Shown: positions 1-12,761, numbered from the stretch's first letter. The stretch: DNA of 64,000 nt from Eledone cirrhosa (GCA_964016885.1 OZ024747.1:48484001-48548000), one strand, 5' to 3'. Notes: generated by a model from the letters alone, not told the origin. Numbers and translations are program-made.

Positions 1-250
1 TTTGCAATTCACTGTATGCTTAATTAAAAACATTTTGAAGACCTTATGCTATTGTTTTAAAGTAGTGACTATGTCACTTACTTCTATTTTCAGCAAACAA
101 GGAGAGAGAAGCTGACAGGGCTCTGTTTCGTACTGTTGGTACTTATCAAAGCCTAGCACTCCTCCTGTTTGCTTAAAATTATGAATGTTGGATTCGTATA
201 GAATTCCAGTAATAATCAGGAACTGATTAATTTTCAGCAAACAGGATGAC

Positions 251-304
<54 letters not shown>
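251..304. repeat. (AAT)n microsatellite at 3' end of Tx1-like copy 1
   Basis: Pure AAT run directly abutting the element end (minus strand ...AATAAAGAAATC-ATTATT). Confidence 0.95.
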
Positions 305-306
<2 letters not shown>

Positions 307-565
307 TTTCTTTATTAACCACAAGGGTTTACATAAAGTAGACATTAAGGACAGTGCAGGACAATGCAGGACGGTACAAATGGGCATTTCTGCGTGTAAA
401 AAACAAAAACAGAGGATGTAACAAAAATAACAATGAAAATAACAATGAAAAATTCCCCAATAGGGGGGAGACCTCGGAGGGACATTTGTGGAGAAAGCCC
501 AGTAAAAAGCCACAATGACCCTGACCACCAAGGCAAGTGCCCTCTCCCAGTTTTCCACCTTTAAT

Positions 566-3500
566 TTACAGATATATACTCAGAGTAGGCCCATTCACTC
601 GGGCCATTCTTGCTTCTCTCACCCATCTTTCAACAAAATGCTGGGAAGAGAGCACTTCCCTCTCTACTCTGATTTTCCTTTTCAAATGAAATTTGAAAAA
701 GTCAATCAGAGCATCACCGAAGAGGTAAGTGCTCGTCTTCAGCCCTTTCAAACGTGTCCACCATACTATCTCTTTCGCCATGGCCACCAGACAGATAAAA
801 ACTGCCTGCCCTTCCCGGCTAAAGGAGGAGGGCGGGGCAATCCTCACGATGGACTCAGATGATAGCCGGATCTGTCCTAGACGCGACAGCAGGTGTTCGA
901 CATAAACCCACAAGTCAGCAATTTTCGGACACTGGACGAGTGCGTGCAGGACGGTTTCGTCGCCCTGCGCGCATCTCGGACATGCCCGGCTGACGGCACC
1001 TCCATGCCTGTAGAGTTTATCCCGAACTGGCAAGGCTCCTCGGTAGCACTGCCAGGCCAGAGATTTCTGGAAGTTATCCATAGGCCCCGGCCCGAAAGTT
1101 CTTCCGAAGAGATTGGCTAGTTGATTTTCGTCGACGCCTAGAGTTTCCCCAAGTACGTCGTCGCTCTTCCCCTCCACTAATCCTCTATAGAACGCCGAGG
1201 TGGAGTTTCCACCGATCACATTGCCCGATTGGTCGAGGGCTGTGAGCGCCTGAAGACATTCCAGTCTCCAGGCGCTCCCTCTCAGTCTTCAGTTGACCCA
1301 GGACTGCAGCTCCGTCAAGGAAACGAGCTGGGGAAATACGCGCCTAGCAAACGGCGACCACACCTGATCACCGTCAAGGAAGAGGTGGAGATGTCGTAGC
1401 CTGAGCGCGTGCCTGCGCATCATCAGCCACGGCATGCCCAGCCCTCCACGTAGCGGGTGTTGACAACAGATGGACCGCCTGACCATCGGAGCACGTCCCT
1501 TCCACAAAAAGCGAAAGAGCAAACGCTCCAGCGCAGTCAGGCGAGGCTTAGGACAAGGTACGACGGTCAGGCGGTAGCAGATGACAGACGCGATGTACGC
1601 GTTAGCCACCTCCGCTCGACCTTTCAGGGATAGCTTCCTCTCCGCCCATTTCTGGGTGAGAGAAGCCACCCTGCTCGTCACCTCGTCCCAGTTTTTGTCC
1701 GTCTGGAGGTCCGGACCGAACCAGACCCCTAGCAATTTAACCGGTCCGTCCGTCCAGCGCCCGACGACGCTGTTGGACGGCATGGACCTGCCTCTCCAGG
1801 TGCCGAGCTGCAGGCCCACTGACTTTTCCTGGTTGATCATTGCTGCTGTCACCGCTTCGTATTCTCTTAGTGTAGTGCCGATCGCCTCGATGTGTTTGGC
1901 GTTCGACACCACTACGGTGACATCGTCCGCATATGCTGACATGGATCTTCCGCATCCTAGTTCGCGCGGGACTCCCCTCAACGTCTCCAGTTTGTGCAGT
2001 AATGGCTCGAGAGTCAATACGTACAAGAGGGACGAGAGGGGACATCCTTGGCGGACCGAGCGCATGATGTTGAACGGTTCCGACAGGTGACCGTTCACTC
2101 TCACCACAGAGCAGATGTCGCTGTGCATGGCAGCGATCCAGCCTCTGAAGACGGGCCCAAAGCCAGCCGCCCTCAGGACGGCCGCTAGGTAACGATGGTC
2201 GACCCTATCGAAAGCTTTCGACTGATCTAAATTGATCAAGGACCCACCCGTGCCAGGTTCCTTAGCTACCCTCTCTATGATGTATCTCATGAGGTGGAGG
2301 TTGTCGTGGATGGATCTGTCGGGAATGGCGCATGTCTGCGCCTCTCCCACCAGACCACCAACGACAAGCGCCAACCTCTTTGCTAGCACCTTGGCCAAAA
2401 TCTTGAACTCTGTGTTTAGCAGAGTTATGGGCCGGAAATTGTCTATGTTATCCCCCTTGTTCGGATCCTTTCTCAGCAGTGCCACCGCTCCTCGGCTCAC
2501 AGAACTGGGAATTCTCCCGTTCTGTTGCCAGTTGCAGTAGACGTCCGCCAAGAGGCCTCCGAACAAGTCTGGCATCTGTACGTAAAGTTCATAGGGCAGA
2601 CCATCCAAACCAGGCGATTTACCCCTTGTGCAGCCAGTCATTGCCTCCCTTACTTCAGCGGCTGTTATCGGCTTTTCGCAACACTTCGCCTCAGTGGCCG
2701 AGAGCCGCGGCAGTCCGTCGAGGTAGACACTAAAGTCCATCCCTCTACCCGGCCCCCCGCTGCCCCCGAACAGCTGAGCGAAGTGTCGCTGAAAAGCTTC
2801 ACACATTTGCCCGGGATCGAGTAGCATGCGCCCGTCGTGGTCCACCAAATACCGGATCGTGGCTTTGTTGCCACGACGCGCCTCCACCACTCGGGCCCAT
2901 TGAACGGCTTTCGTCTCCTCGTGTCTGAGAGCACGCACCCTTGCTCTGACAACGCAGCCTTCGTGCTTTGCATTGAAGAATTGGTCAAGGGCCAATTTCG
3001 CCGCAAGCACGTCGGTCGCAATGCCTTTGCTAAGCGCCTCGTCTAATTTTCTAACTAGTTCTCCCTCTGCTCTATTTTTCTCTATTGCTAAAGCCTTACT
3101 AAACCTAATCGATTCTATTCTAATCGCTCTTTTCAGAGCAAACCACCACTTGTTGTTGACGATGGTCCCCGTCAACGCCCGCTTAACTAGTTCGCTAATC
3201 CGGTCTCTGTAGGCCTTGCGCGCTGGTAAGGACGCGTTTAGCTTCCAGTAGCCGGGTCCTCGTCTATGAAGCCTATCTAAGTCAAGCACACAGATCACGA
3301 ATTTGTGGTCCGTGTAGCTGACTATCTTGAATTGTGGACAGCCTATGCTAGACCTATCTATTTCCCTACAAAATACTCTATCTAGATATGATCTGGATGA
3401 CCCTATGCGGTTTGTCCAAGTCCACATTGGCACATTCGGGAAATCCAATCGGTACCTGTCAGACAGTTCAAAACGCCTGAGCAGGTTGGTGAGGCTCTTG

Positions 3501-3985
3501 CACCCTCCACCCCTATCCGCTAATCCCACACAGTCCCAGCGTGCATCTAAGATCCCGTTCCAGTCGCCCACTAACACTAAAGAGCGGGACGTTCCAAGAA
3601 ACGTCTCCAGACGCCGGAAGAAATCAGGCCGCCCTGCTCCTGTCGGGGCATAGACGGCCACTAGCCTGAAAGCTTGCCCGTCTCCGCTGGTCACGTCCAG
3701 CACCACCAGCTTACCCTCTGGGTCCAGGAAGATGGCCCGTATGGCGAGATCCAAACCTCTCCGAAAAAGCACAGCAACTCCTCCACCGGATCCAGGACGG
3801 CTGGGAGATGCGTACACATCGTAGCCGCCGAAGATCGGTGCGAAGGCCCGTGCTTCGGAGATTCTGGTCTCGCTGATGGCCACTACATCTATGTTTAGTG
3901 ACCTGAGGTCGTTGAGCAGGTGACCCTGCTTCCATGACGACCCCAAGCCACGCGCATTTATGCTGCCTATTCTGAGTGAGGTCAT
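566..3985 (-). pseudogene. Tx1-like ORF2 (APE endonuclease + RT + C-terminal Cys motif) split by a TGA near 1289
   Basis: APE motifs SINARG, SETR, VYAP, GDWN, YLDR, TDH; RT motifs PGLDG, RPITLLN, LDQSKAFD, VRQGCPLS, YADD; GTCAACTGA here versus GTCAAGCGA in copy 2; frame continues in ORF 566..1219 (CPRC...HALVQC). Confidence 0.9.
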
Positions 3986-4020
3986 GTTTAAAATAGAGTG
4001 GAAAAGATGGGAAAGACCAC

Positions 4021-6120
4021 TTACCGTACTTTTGGTAGAGGAGGGATGGTTTTTACATCCCTTTTCACTTGATCGTCTGGTGAAGGGACCGTTGAATCGT
4101 CCCTTCGGCTGGTCGTCGGCTCTTCTAAGAGAATGTTTGAGTATACTCTTCGATTGATGGTTCCTCCTAGGTCCCTGAAATCACCAACTGCGTTGGGGAA
4201 TTTCGTTTTAATGTTTGTGTATTGTTTCTGTGCTATTTTTAGCAGTCTTATGTTAGTTGGCGTTTTGATTGGTGCTGGTATTATGTAGTCCTGTTGTGAA
4301 ATCTCTGTGTGTTCAATTATGTAAGTCATTAGTTTCTTGTTGTGTGTATTTATTGCCGTGCATTTGTTTTTCTGGGGGTGGGGTGTGGTTCTGCTATTTT
4401 CTTGTCGTTGTTGCTGGGTGTGTGTGTTTTGTTGTTGTGTTTGCGATGTTGGTGCTTGTGGTGGTGGTGTTGAAGGTGTTGTTGGCGGTGGGGTTGTCGC
4501 CGGTGGTGATGGTGGTGCTAGTGTGGGTGGTGATGGTGTTGGTGTTGTTGCTGCTGTGGGTCTCTTTGCAGTAGACTTTACCCTTTTCTCATTTCTTTCC
4601 TCCCTTTTCAAAGGCGACGATGCGCTGCTTCTGCGTTTGTGCCTTCTTACGACCTTTTGCCATCCCTCTTCCACCTCACACTCCATGTCTGATTCTGTGA
4701 GGTCGGGGAGGGGTACCAGCTCCACTCTTTCACTTGTTGTTGGTGATGTTTGCACTGGAGTCTCTGTTGCAGCTGCATTTGGTATTGCTGTTGTTGTTGT
4801 TAATATTTCCACTGCTGCTGCTGTTTTTGATTTCCGTGGAGTGGGTATGGGTGCCACGGGCCTATCGTTCCTGGTTGCCGCTTGTCCTGTTGCTGGTAGC
4901 CGTGGAGCCGGATTCGGAAGGAGGGGGGTTTTCTCCTTTCTCAGGGTCTTCTCGTTGCAGAAGGCCCTGAGGTGAGTCTTCGATCCACAGCGAAAGCATT
5001 TCGGGCGTTTGCCCTCAACACTTATGGGCAGTTGAGTGCCGTTATCGAAGTCTATCACATCCGGGATAGCTTCGATGCACTCCTGGTTGGTTTGGATTAG
5101 CATCTCAATGGAGGAGCCGACCCAATCTTCTCTTACTTTTTTCTGTACTTGCAGTACAGTTGTTTTGTCCTCGATTCCGACGAGGACAGACGCGGCCAGC
5201 CAAGAAGGGGTCATTCCGGGGGGGACGTGGGTCAGTTTGACCCTCACAATTTTTTGCCCGCAGTAGGAGGGCACTAACACCATTTCCTCGCTCCTTAGGG
5301 TCACTACTGATTGGGCCTTTGCCTCCTGGGGTGTGGCAAAAAGTACGTCTACGGTGGCATATTTTTTGCCTCGGGTGATGTGCGTTTTCCGCTGCCACAC
5401 AGACCCCAAGGCTTTTTGTATTTGGGCCTCTGTGCCTCTTTCCACCCTACGGGATTTTGTACTTACTGTACGGTACGTGACCGTACAGTGCTCTTGGGTT
5501 TCGAAAAATTTTTCCGCTGCCTTGCAGATTGCTCGGTGTCCATTCTTTGTCACCATCTTCTTCGCTTCCTCTAATTCCTCATTTGTTATGAGGATTGTTT
5601 CCAAGTTTTTCGCAATACCTGCAAATGAGATTGGTTTTTCTCTGCTGCTGCTGTTGTTGTTGTCGTCAGAGCTGCTGGTACTTTTGTTGTTGCTGCAGGT
5701 ACTACGACTACTGCCTCCGCCGCTGTTGCTGTGGTTGTTGTTGGTGTTGCTGCTGCTAATGCTGTTGTTGTTTATGCTGCTGGTGATGCTGTTGCGGCTG
5801 CTACTGTTGTTTTCATTGTCACTGTTGCTGTTGCTATTACGGCTGCTACTGCTATTATTCCTGACGTCAGACGAATGAACTGGGTTCTCGTATTTCCCGC
5901 ACACCTGTTTCGTCGCTGTCGTCGTCGTCGTGGAGAAACCTTGCACGCTTTGCACGAGACTTTTCTTTTCTTTCGTCACTTGCGAAAGAGAAGGGAGGGA
6001 GAGAGACACATTTAAAGAAGGGAGGGAGAGAGACAATCTTCTCTCTGCTGTAGTGATGATTGAGGAAGAAGAAGACGGAATGAGTGGGAGTGACGTATGA
6101 AATTTCTTTTTCGTAGCCAT
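4021..6120 (-). CDS. Tx1-like ORF1p (699 aa): N/S-rich N-terminus, probable RRM-like region, CCHC zinc knuckle, P/T-rich region
   Basis: Open 699-aa ORF upstream of ORF2; knuckle CFRCGSKTHLRAFC; basic motif WQKVVRRHKRR. Confidence 0.85.
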   Translation of the reverse strand: MATKKKFHTSLPLIPSSSSSIITTAERRLSLSLPSLNVSLSLPSLSQVTKEKKSLVQSVQGFSTTTTTATKQVCGKYENPVHSSDVRNNSSSSRNSNSNSDNENNSSSRNSITSSINNNSISSSNTNNNHSNSGGGSSRSTCSNNKSTSSSDDNNNSSSREKPISFAGIAKNLETILITNEELEEAKKMVTKNGHRAICKAAEKFFETQEHCTVTYRTVSTKSRRVERGTEAQIQKALGSVWQRKTHITRGKKYATVDVLFATPQEAKAQSVVTLRSEEMVLVPSYCGQKIVRVKLTHVPPGMTPSWLAASVLVGIEDKTTVLQVQKKVREDWVGSSIEMLIQTNQECIEAIPDVIDFDNGTQLPISVEGKRPKCFRCGSKTHLRAFCNEKTLRKEKTPLLPNPAPRLPATGQAATRNDRPVAPIPTPRKSKTAAAVEILTTTTAIPNAAATETPVQTSPTTSERVELVPLPDLTESDMECEVEEGWQKVVRRHKRRSSASSPLKREERNEKRVKSTAKRPTAATTPTPSPPTLAPPSPPATTPPPTTPSTPPPQAPTSQTQQQNTHTQQQRQENSRTTPHPQKNKCTAINTHNKKLMTYIIEHTEISQQDYIIPAPIKTPTNIRLLKIAQKQYTNIKTKFPNAVGDFRDLGGTINRRVYSNILLEEPTTSRRDDSTVPSPDDQVKRDVKTIPPLPKVR

Positions 6121-6355
6121 GTTGTTTTTTGTTTAAAATGAATATTGGGTACAAAACCCCAATAACTGGTTATTTAACCCCGAAGGGCCAAATAACGGAC
6201 AGAAAGACCCCTCTCACGAGGAGGAGGGTGTCTTTATCAACAATTTGGTTCAAGTTTTAAACAATTTACAATTGTTTTAACAGTTAAAAATTACTATACC
6301 TTACAGAGCCGAGCCTCCGTCAACCATGGCATTCAATAATAATAATAATAATAAT

Positions 6356-7706
6356 GACACTGAAGAAAGATACAATTATTTGGTGACACTGAAGAAGGAT
6401 TCAAGTATTTGGGTATTCTGAAGGCTGATGACATCAAGAACAAAAAAAATGAAGGAATTGATAAGATCTGAATACATTCGGAGAGTAAGGAGGGTATTAA
6501 AGTCACATCTGAACAGTAGGAATGCCATAAGTGCAGTAAATTCCCGAGCTGTGTCTATTATTAGGTACAGTGCGGGAATTCTGAGATGGAATGTTGCTGA
6601 ACAAAAAGAAATGGATAGGAAGACTAGGAAGCTATTGACTATCTACAACATGTTCCACAAGAGGAGTGATGTCGATAGACTCAACTTAAGGAGATCTGAA
6701 GGTGGAATAGGTCTTATCAGCATAGAGGACTGTGTTCAGATGGAGAAAAACAACCTACACAAATACGTGACCGATAGTAAGGAGCCAATGCTCAGAATTG
6801 TACTGAAGGAGAGGACAATAGACCAGGGGATGTCCAAGGAGGAAATAACAACGAGGAGAAAGAGCAACCTTCATGAAAAATCCCTTCTTAGTACCTTCTT
6901 TGAGAAAACGGAATTCAGAGATCCACAGACATGGAACTGGTTGAGAAGAGGAGACCTTAAAAAGGCTACAGAAGGAATGCTAATGGCTGCGCAAGAGCAG
7001 GCCCTCAAAACGAAATGGCTGAAACACCATATTTACAAGGAGGAGGCTAGCCCACTGTGCAGGATCTGTGGAGAGAGAGAGGAGACTGTGGCTCACATTG
7101 TATCCGAGTGTAAACACCTAGCCCAAACTCACTATGAAGGCTGAAGACATGATGTGATGGGCAGGGTGATCCACTGGCACCTATGCAAAGTAAACAATTT
7201 ACCACATTCTAAGAAGTGGTATGAGCATAAGCCAGAGTCGGTGATAGAAAACGATCAGCTGAAGGTGCTGTGGGATTTTAGGATACAGATGGATAAGAAA
7301 CTGGAACACAATAGACCTGACCTGGTGGTTTTGGACAAGGAAAAAAGATCGTGCCTGATTGTGGATGTGGCCTGCCCATTCGATACGAGAGTGCAAGAGA
7401 AGGAGAGGGAGAAAATTAACCGATACCAGGACTTAAAGTGGGAGGTAAAAAGGATTTGGAAATGCCATGAAGTCAAAGTGGTCCCGATTGTCATAGGTGC
7501 ATTAGGTACTATCTCAAAAGGTTTCCAAGGATGGTTAAAGAAAATTGGCCCCGCCCCGCTTTTTGGAACGCTTCAAAAGGCATGCTTGCTGGGAACAGCA
7601 AGAACCCTCCGATACGTTCTGAATATCTGAGGCTGCAGGTAGTGGCTTGATATTCATTTCAACAAACTTTCCATTTAAATAACATCAATGACTGAGACTC
7701 AAAGAA
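6356..7706 (+). mobile_element. 5'-truncated Dong/R4-type RLE non-LTR retrotransposon, copy 1
   Basis: ORFs 6428..7144 and 7154..7630: post-RT region, CCHC (CRICGEREETVAHIVSEC), RH-D motif, RLE core RPDLVV..D..KINRY; internal TGA at a W codon; (AAT)n both sides. Confidence 0.9.
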
Positions 7707-7748
7707 CAATAATAATAATAATAACAATAATGTATTTAATATAAAAAT

Positions 7749-7837
7749 GACTTTTACAGGACAAGAACTGTTTCATTCGAAGGAAATCATCAGGAAAGCC
7801 CTGATGATTTCCTTCAAATGAAACAGCTATAGAAGCC
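7749..7837. ncRNA. Head-to-head pair of degenerate type I hammerhead motifs (Penelope-like pLTR remnant)
   Basis: Minus 7749-7800: GGCTTTC CTGATGA TTTCCTTCGAAT GAAA CAG TTCTTGTC CTG TA AAAGTC. Plus 7801-7837: CTGATGA TTTCCTTCAAAT GAAA CAGCTA TA GAAGCC. Stem II closing pair is U-U in both. Confidence 0.55.
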
Positions 7838-7930
7838 ATTTCTATATTTAAAATTGATACTCTACTATGTATTGAGTACCTTACTTACTGTGGTTACCCC
7901 CGACTGAACCCGGGATACACCCCCACCCCC

Positions 7931-8024
<94 letters not shown>

Positions 8025-8404
8025 CTTTGTCCTATTCATTATTACACTTTATTTCCCATTTCTCTCCCCTACATATAGTTAACATACCCTATTTCCATTA
8101 GCACCTTTATTGCCACTTTCTAATACTGCTTAATAATTATGCAATATCGCTTTATATATATATTTCCGTATATGTTTGTAGGCATGTGTAACATCTATAG
8201 GTGTGCGTGTATTCATGTGGGTGTCATATGTGTGAGTGTGCAGGCGTGTGTATCTATCTATCTAACTATCTATCAATGTGTGTGTAGTTGCGTGTATTTT
8301 TGTATATCCATGTAAACATAGGATGGTGTATACACGTATGCCTCACACAATTTCATTCGCTAAATTCCTTTAAAATCGAACATACGCGATCGTTCTAGAA
8401 AGCC

Positions 8405-9484
8405 AATAGAACTGGTATAACTAATATTACACTAATATTACACTTCAGTCTTCTAATAGAACTAGTATAACTAATACTACTACACTTCAGTCTTCTAATA
8501 GAACTGGTATAACTAATACTACACTTCAGTCTTCTAATAGAACTGGTGTAACTAATACTACATTTCAGTCTTCTAATAGAACTAGTATAATTAATACTAC
8601 TACACTTCAGTCTTCTAATAGAACTGGTGTAACTAATACTACACTTCAGTCTTCTAATAGAACTGGTGTAACTAATACTACACTTCAGTCTTCTAATAGA
8701 ACTTGTATAACTAATACTACACTTCAGTCTTCTAATAGAACTGGTATAACTAATACTACATTTCAGTCTTCTAATAGAACTGGTGTAACTAATACTACAC
8801 TTCAGTCTTCTAATAGAACTGGTATAACTAATACTACACTTCAGTCTTCTAATAGAACTGGTGTAACTAATACTACACTTCAGTCTTCTAATAGAACTGG
8901 TATAACTAATACTACATTTCAGTCTTCTAATAGAACTGGTGTAACTAATACTACACTTCAGTCTTCTAATAGAACTGGTATAACTAATACTACACTTCAG
9001 TCTTCTAATAGAACTGGTGTAACTAATACTACACTTCAGTCTTCTAATAGAACTGGTGTAACTAATACTACACTTCAGTCTTCTAATAGAACTGGTGTAA
9101 CTAATACTACACTTCAGTCTTCTAATAGAACTGGTGTAACTAATACTACACTTCAGTCTTCTAATAGAACTGGTATAACTAATACTACATTTCAGTCTTC
9201 TAATAGAACTGGTGTAACTAATACTACATTTCAGTCTTCTCATAGAACTGGTGTAACTAATACTACACTTCAGTCTTCTAATAGAACTTGTATAACTAAT
9301 ACTACACTTCAGTCTTCTAATAGAACTTGTATAACTAATACTACATTTCAGTCTTCTAATAGAACTGGTGTAACTAATACTACACTTCAGTCTTCTAATA
9401 GAACTTGTATAATTAATACTACATTTCAGTCTTCTAATAGAACTGGTATAACTAATACTACACACAGTCTTCTAATAGAACTCG
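8405..9484. repeat. 39-bp minisatellite, about 27 units
   Basis: Unit CTTCAGTCTTCTAATAGAACTGGT(G/A)TAACTAATACTACA; matches the 13-aa periodicity CSISYTSSIRRLK of ORF 8395..9465. Confidence 0.97.
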
Positions 9485-9954
9485 TATAATCAATATTCTG
9501 CTAGAAGCTGTCAATTATTTATCAGAGTTGATTTCGTAGTGCTTGTTGATGAGAATCGATTTCTTCGTACTTAACTGCAACATAAGACTATAGTTTACCA
9601 TTGTCTACACTGTTCGGCTCTCACGTACACCGTCTTACATCTTGGATTCATAATGTATTGTCAGTTACACAGAATATATACTATCAAATCAAACCCTGTA
9701 TATATGTGAGCATGTCTCTGTGTGTGTATTCTGTGTGTGTCTGTGTGTCTGTGTGTCTGTGTGTCTGTGTGAAGGATAATTCGACACCATTGTAGAGATT
9801 AACGGTTTATTGAGGTTAAAGGCTGATCCAGTAACCTGTTACTCTGAAGTTTCTCTTGTGAACTACCCTCTGTGCTACAGTTTGACTAAGGAACCTGGAA
9901 CACACCAGGTAGACTTCCCAGTAATAGGATACTGAATAAACCTTAATAAAATGT

Positions 9955-10176
<222 letters not shown>

Positions 10177-10652
10177 GGATTGAGAGAGACGAGGCTGTGT
10201 GGTTACTGATAACGAGTGTTAGAAAGTAAGGAGACATAAACAAGAGATAGACAATTTCCCTTCATCAGTTCTCTACTACGGGTCACAGATGTTTCAGCGC
10301 ATTATAGACAATACATCTATCCGTAGCGCGCCCATGGCCTTTTATCTATCAAAAAACCATGAGGGAAAGAAGCCATGGCGAAAACTCCAATAAGGCCTAC
10401 ATCGGATTAACCGCCTTAACATCCACAGGTCAGAATGTCATCTTACTCCCTCCCCTTTGTTCTACAGGCTAGTTCATGCCCCCACCCCCACCTCCACCCA
10501 ACCCCCCGCCGCTATGAAGGAATTTAACCATGTATATGACATCCCAAAATCTTTGAGCACGCCCCGTGACAAACAATAAAAACAACAATATTTAGGATTG
10601 TTTGATATGATACTTCTACTTTGTTTTGATTGCTTGCCCATATATAGACAGT

Positions 10653-10830
10653 ACCCCTTGATAAGTTCAGCTAGGTCCCTGCTGTTCTAATATTACTGGT
10701 TTAGTTCGGATCTAGCTGTCGAGACGGCCGGAGCTCAGCCGTCGGGGTCATGACTCTTTTCCTATTACCCCTCTGCTACCCTAAGTATCGAGTATTCTGG
10801 TGCGTTATGGTCCACCTGGTTCCTTGCCAC
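10653..10830 (+). mobile_element. Penelope-like terminal remnant with variant hammerhead fold (10653-10748)
   Basis: ACCCC TTGATAA [CAGCTAGGTCC...GGATCTAGCTG] TC GAGA CGGC CGGAGCTCA GCCG TC GGGGT; downstream sequence homologous to the reverse complement of about 31305-31440. Confidence 0.5.
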
Positions 10831-10840
10831 ACTTTCTTTG

Positions 10841-10912
<72 letters not shown>

Positions 10913-12414
10913 CGTAGAATAATGGGGAAAACTCAAAGCAAGGAAGCTGTGAAAACAGCAAAATGCCGTCAATGATGGCATCGAGCAAAATTTACCGCAA
11001 TGGGCAGAAATCGACGGCCAGAAGTGAGTTGGCCCGCAGAACTATTAAGTATGTTTTGGAATAAAGTGTGATATCTATTCTACAGATATGCAATGTCCAT
11101 TTTTTAAATATAAGGAAATAAATGTGAAATATTTTTCTTTATGTGTTTTGTATTGAAGGATGAGTTAACAACAAAAGTGTGTGTCTGAATGTTTCGGGGT
11201 TGAAATAAAATCTGCAGTTATATGTTGTTTATTTTTTGTTGGTATTACAAAAGGGTACTTAACTAGTGATAGAATTATAGGAATGCTGTTACGATAAACG
11301 GCGTGTCTGCGGCATTTTTTACCTGGAGAAACCTGTCCTTCACCATAACTAAAAAGACCATTTTTCTTCCAAAGGAAGGGAGATTGGGAGAGATAGACTG
11401 ATAAAGAAAGATAGAGGAAGAATCAACCCTAGTACTAGATTGGTATATATTTAACGACCCTGAAAGGATGGAAATCAAAGTTAACCTCAGTTTGATGTAA
11501 AATCAGAGCGTAGAGAGTCGGAACAGATGCCAAGGCATTTAATCCGACACTGTTACAATAAAAAGTTTTAAAATAACTTTTAGTTATTAGTAACTTTAAG
11601 GCATGTATTACTGAAGTCTGTGGTTAGACGGATGTTGGGAGATATAAGGTTTCTGAATTGATCTAGAAAGAATGATTGGAGATTTTGTTTACGAATAGGA
11701 AATTAATGAAATAATGGCAGCGTGTTGTTCACGCAAGATTACTGGGATTAGGGGTACGGCGCCATTTTTAGAAGAGCAGAATTATCTTGAAGGACATGAC
11801 ACAATTCTGGGGAAACATGAGAGCAGAATACAAGACTGGATTGAACACACCTACATAACTAATGGGTATTTCTATATGAAGGCTGCCCCCTCGTTATCGA
11901 ATATGGCTATTGCACGATATAACGTTATTAATAATTATCAATCAATTAATGCTATCTGCAATGTTTGTGCATGAAGATTTTTTTTAAAGTGAGGAAAAAC
12001 TGTGCACTGAACCAATCCCACTCTCTGAGCGAAAGTAGCTTTAACCCGAAAAGAAGAAAAGATCAACATCATCGGTAACTACTGAGCCGCAGATTTTATG
12101 TCGGAGTTATTCCAGTTTCCTGAGTTGCCTTCTCCTAGCAGAATGCCCTGACAAAGGCTAGGGGTCCTTCACTCCCAGTGGTTTAACCGCACGATCGGGT
12201 ATCCAGCCCGATTATTTCTATGTCCCCGCGCATATATACACATATGTATACCTGTATATACATATATACATACACACACATGTACACATATATACACATG
12301 TATATACATATTTACACAATTTTGGATGGCCGTTGACTCTTATGAGTTCTTCCGCCCTTTAAACACAACTATATATGTATATCGCCACTGAGGAGGTTAC
12401 AGAATATATACATA

Positions 12415-12470
<56 letters not shown>

Positions 12471-12529
12471 AGAGGTTATATTTAATTTGCTGGGATACAA
12501 CAAGCATATATATATATATATATATATAT

Positions 12530-12761
12530 ATTTCGTTTCTGAATTTGTTTAGCAAGATTCTTTATCTGAAATCGTGTGTTGAAACCGATATTGTTATACT
12601 TTGGGAGGGTCATGTTGCCAATAATGTGGAACCAACCAACCAACCAGAAATTTATAAGTTTGTAGATTTGTAAATTTATAAATTTATAAATATATAATAA
12701 ATTGAAGTGAAAGCAACTGGTGCGTGTGTTTCTTATTAGCAACATGACCCTCCCAAAGTAT

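Larger units (their letters stand above)
305..6334 (-). mobile_element. Full-length Tx1/L1-clade non-LTR retrotransposon, copy 1 (ORF1 intact, ORF2 with premature stop)
   Basis: Two-ORF layout; near-identical inverted match to 20890-26923; (AAT)n on both sides; AATAAA just before the 3' end. Confidence 0.93.

Noticed and set aside
8395-9484. CRISPR-like array or real 356-aa protein
   Set aside because: Units are contiguous with no unique spacers and no cas genes; an open frame arises easily from a stop-free 39-bp unit.
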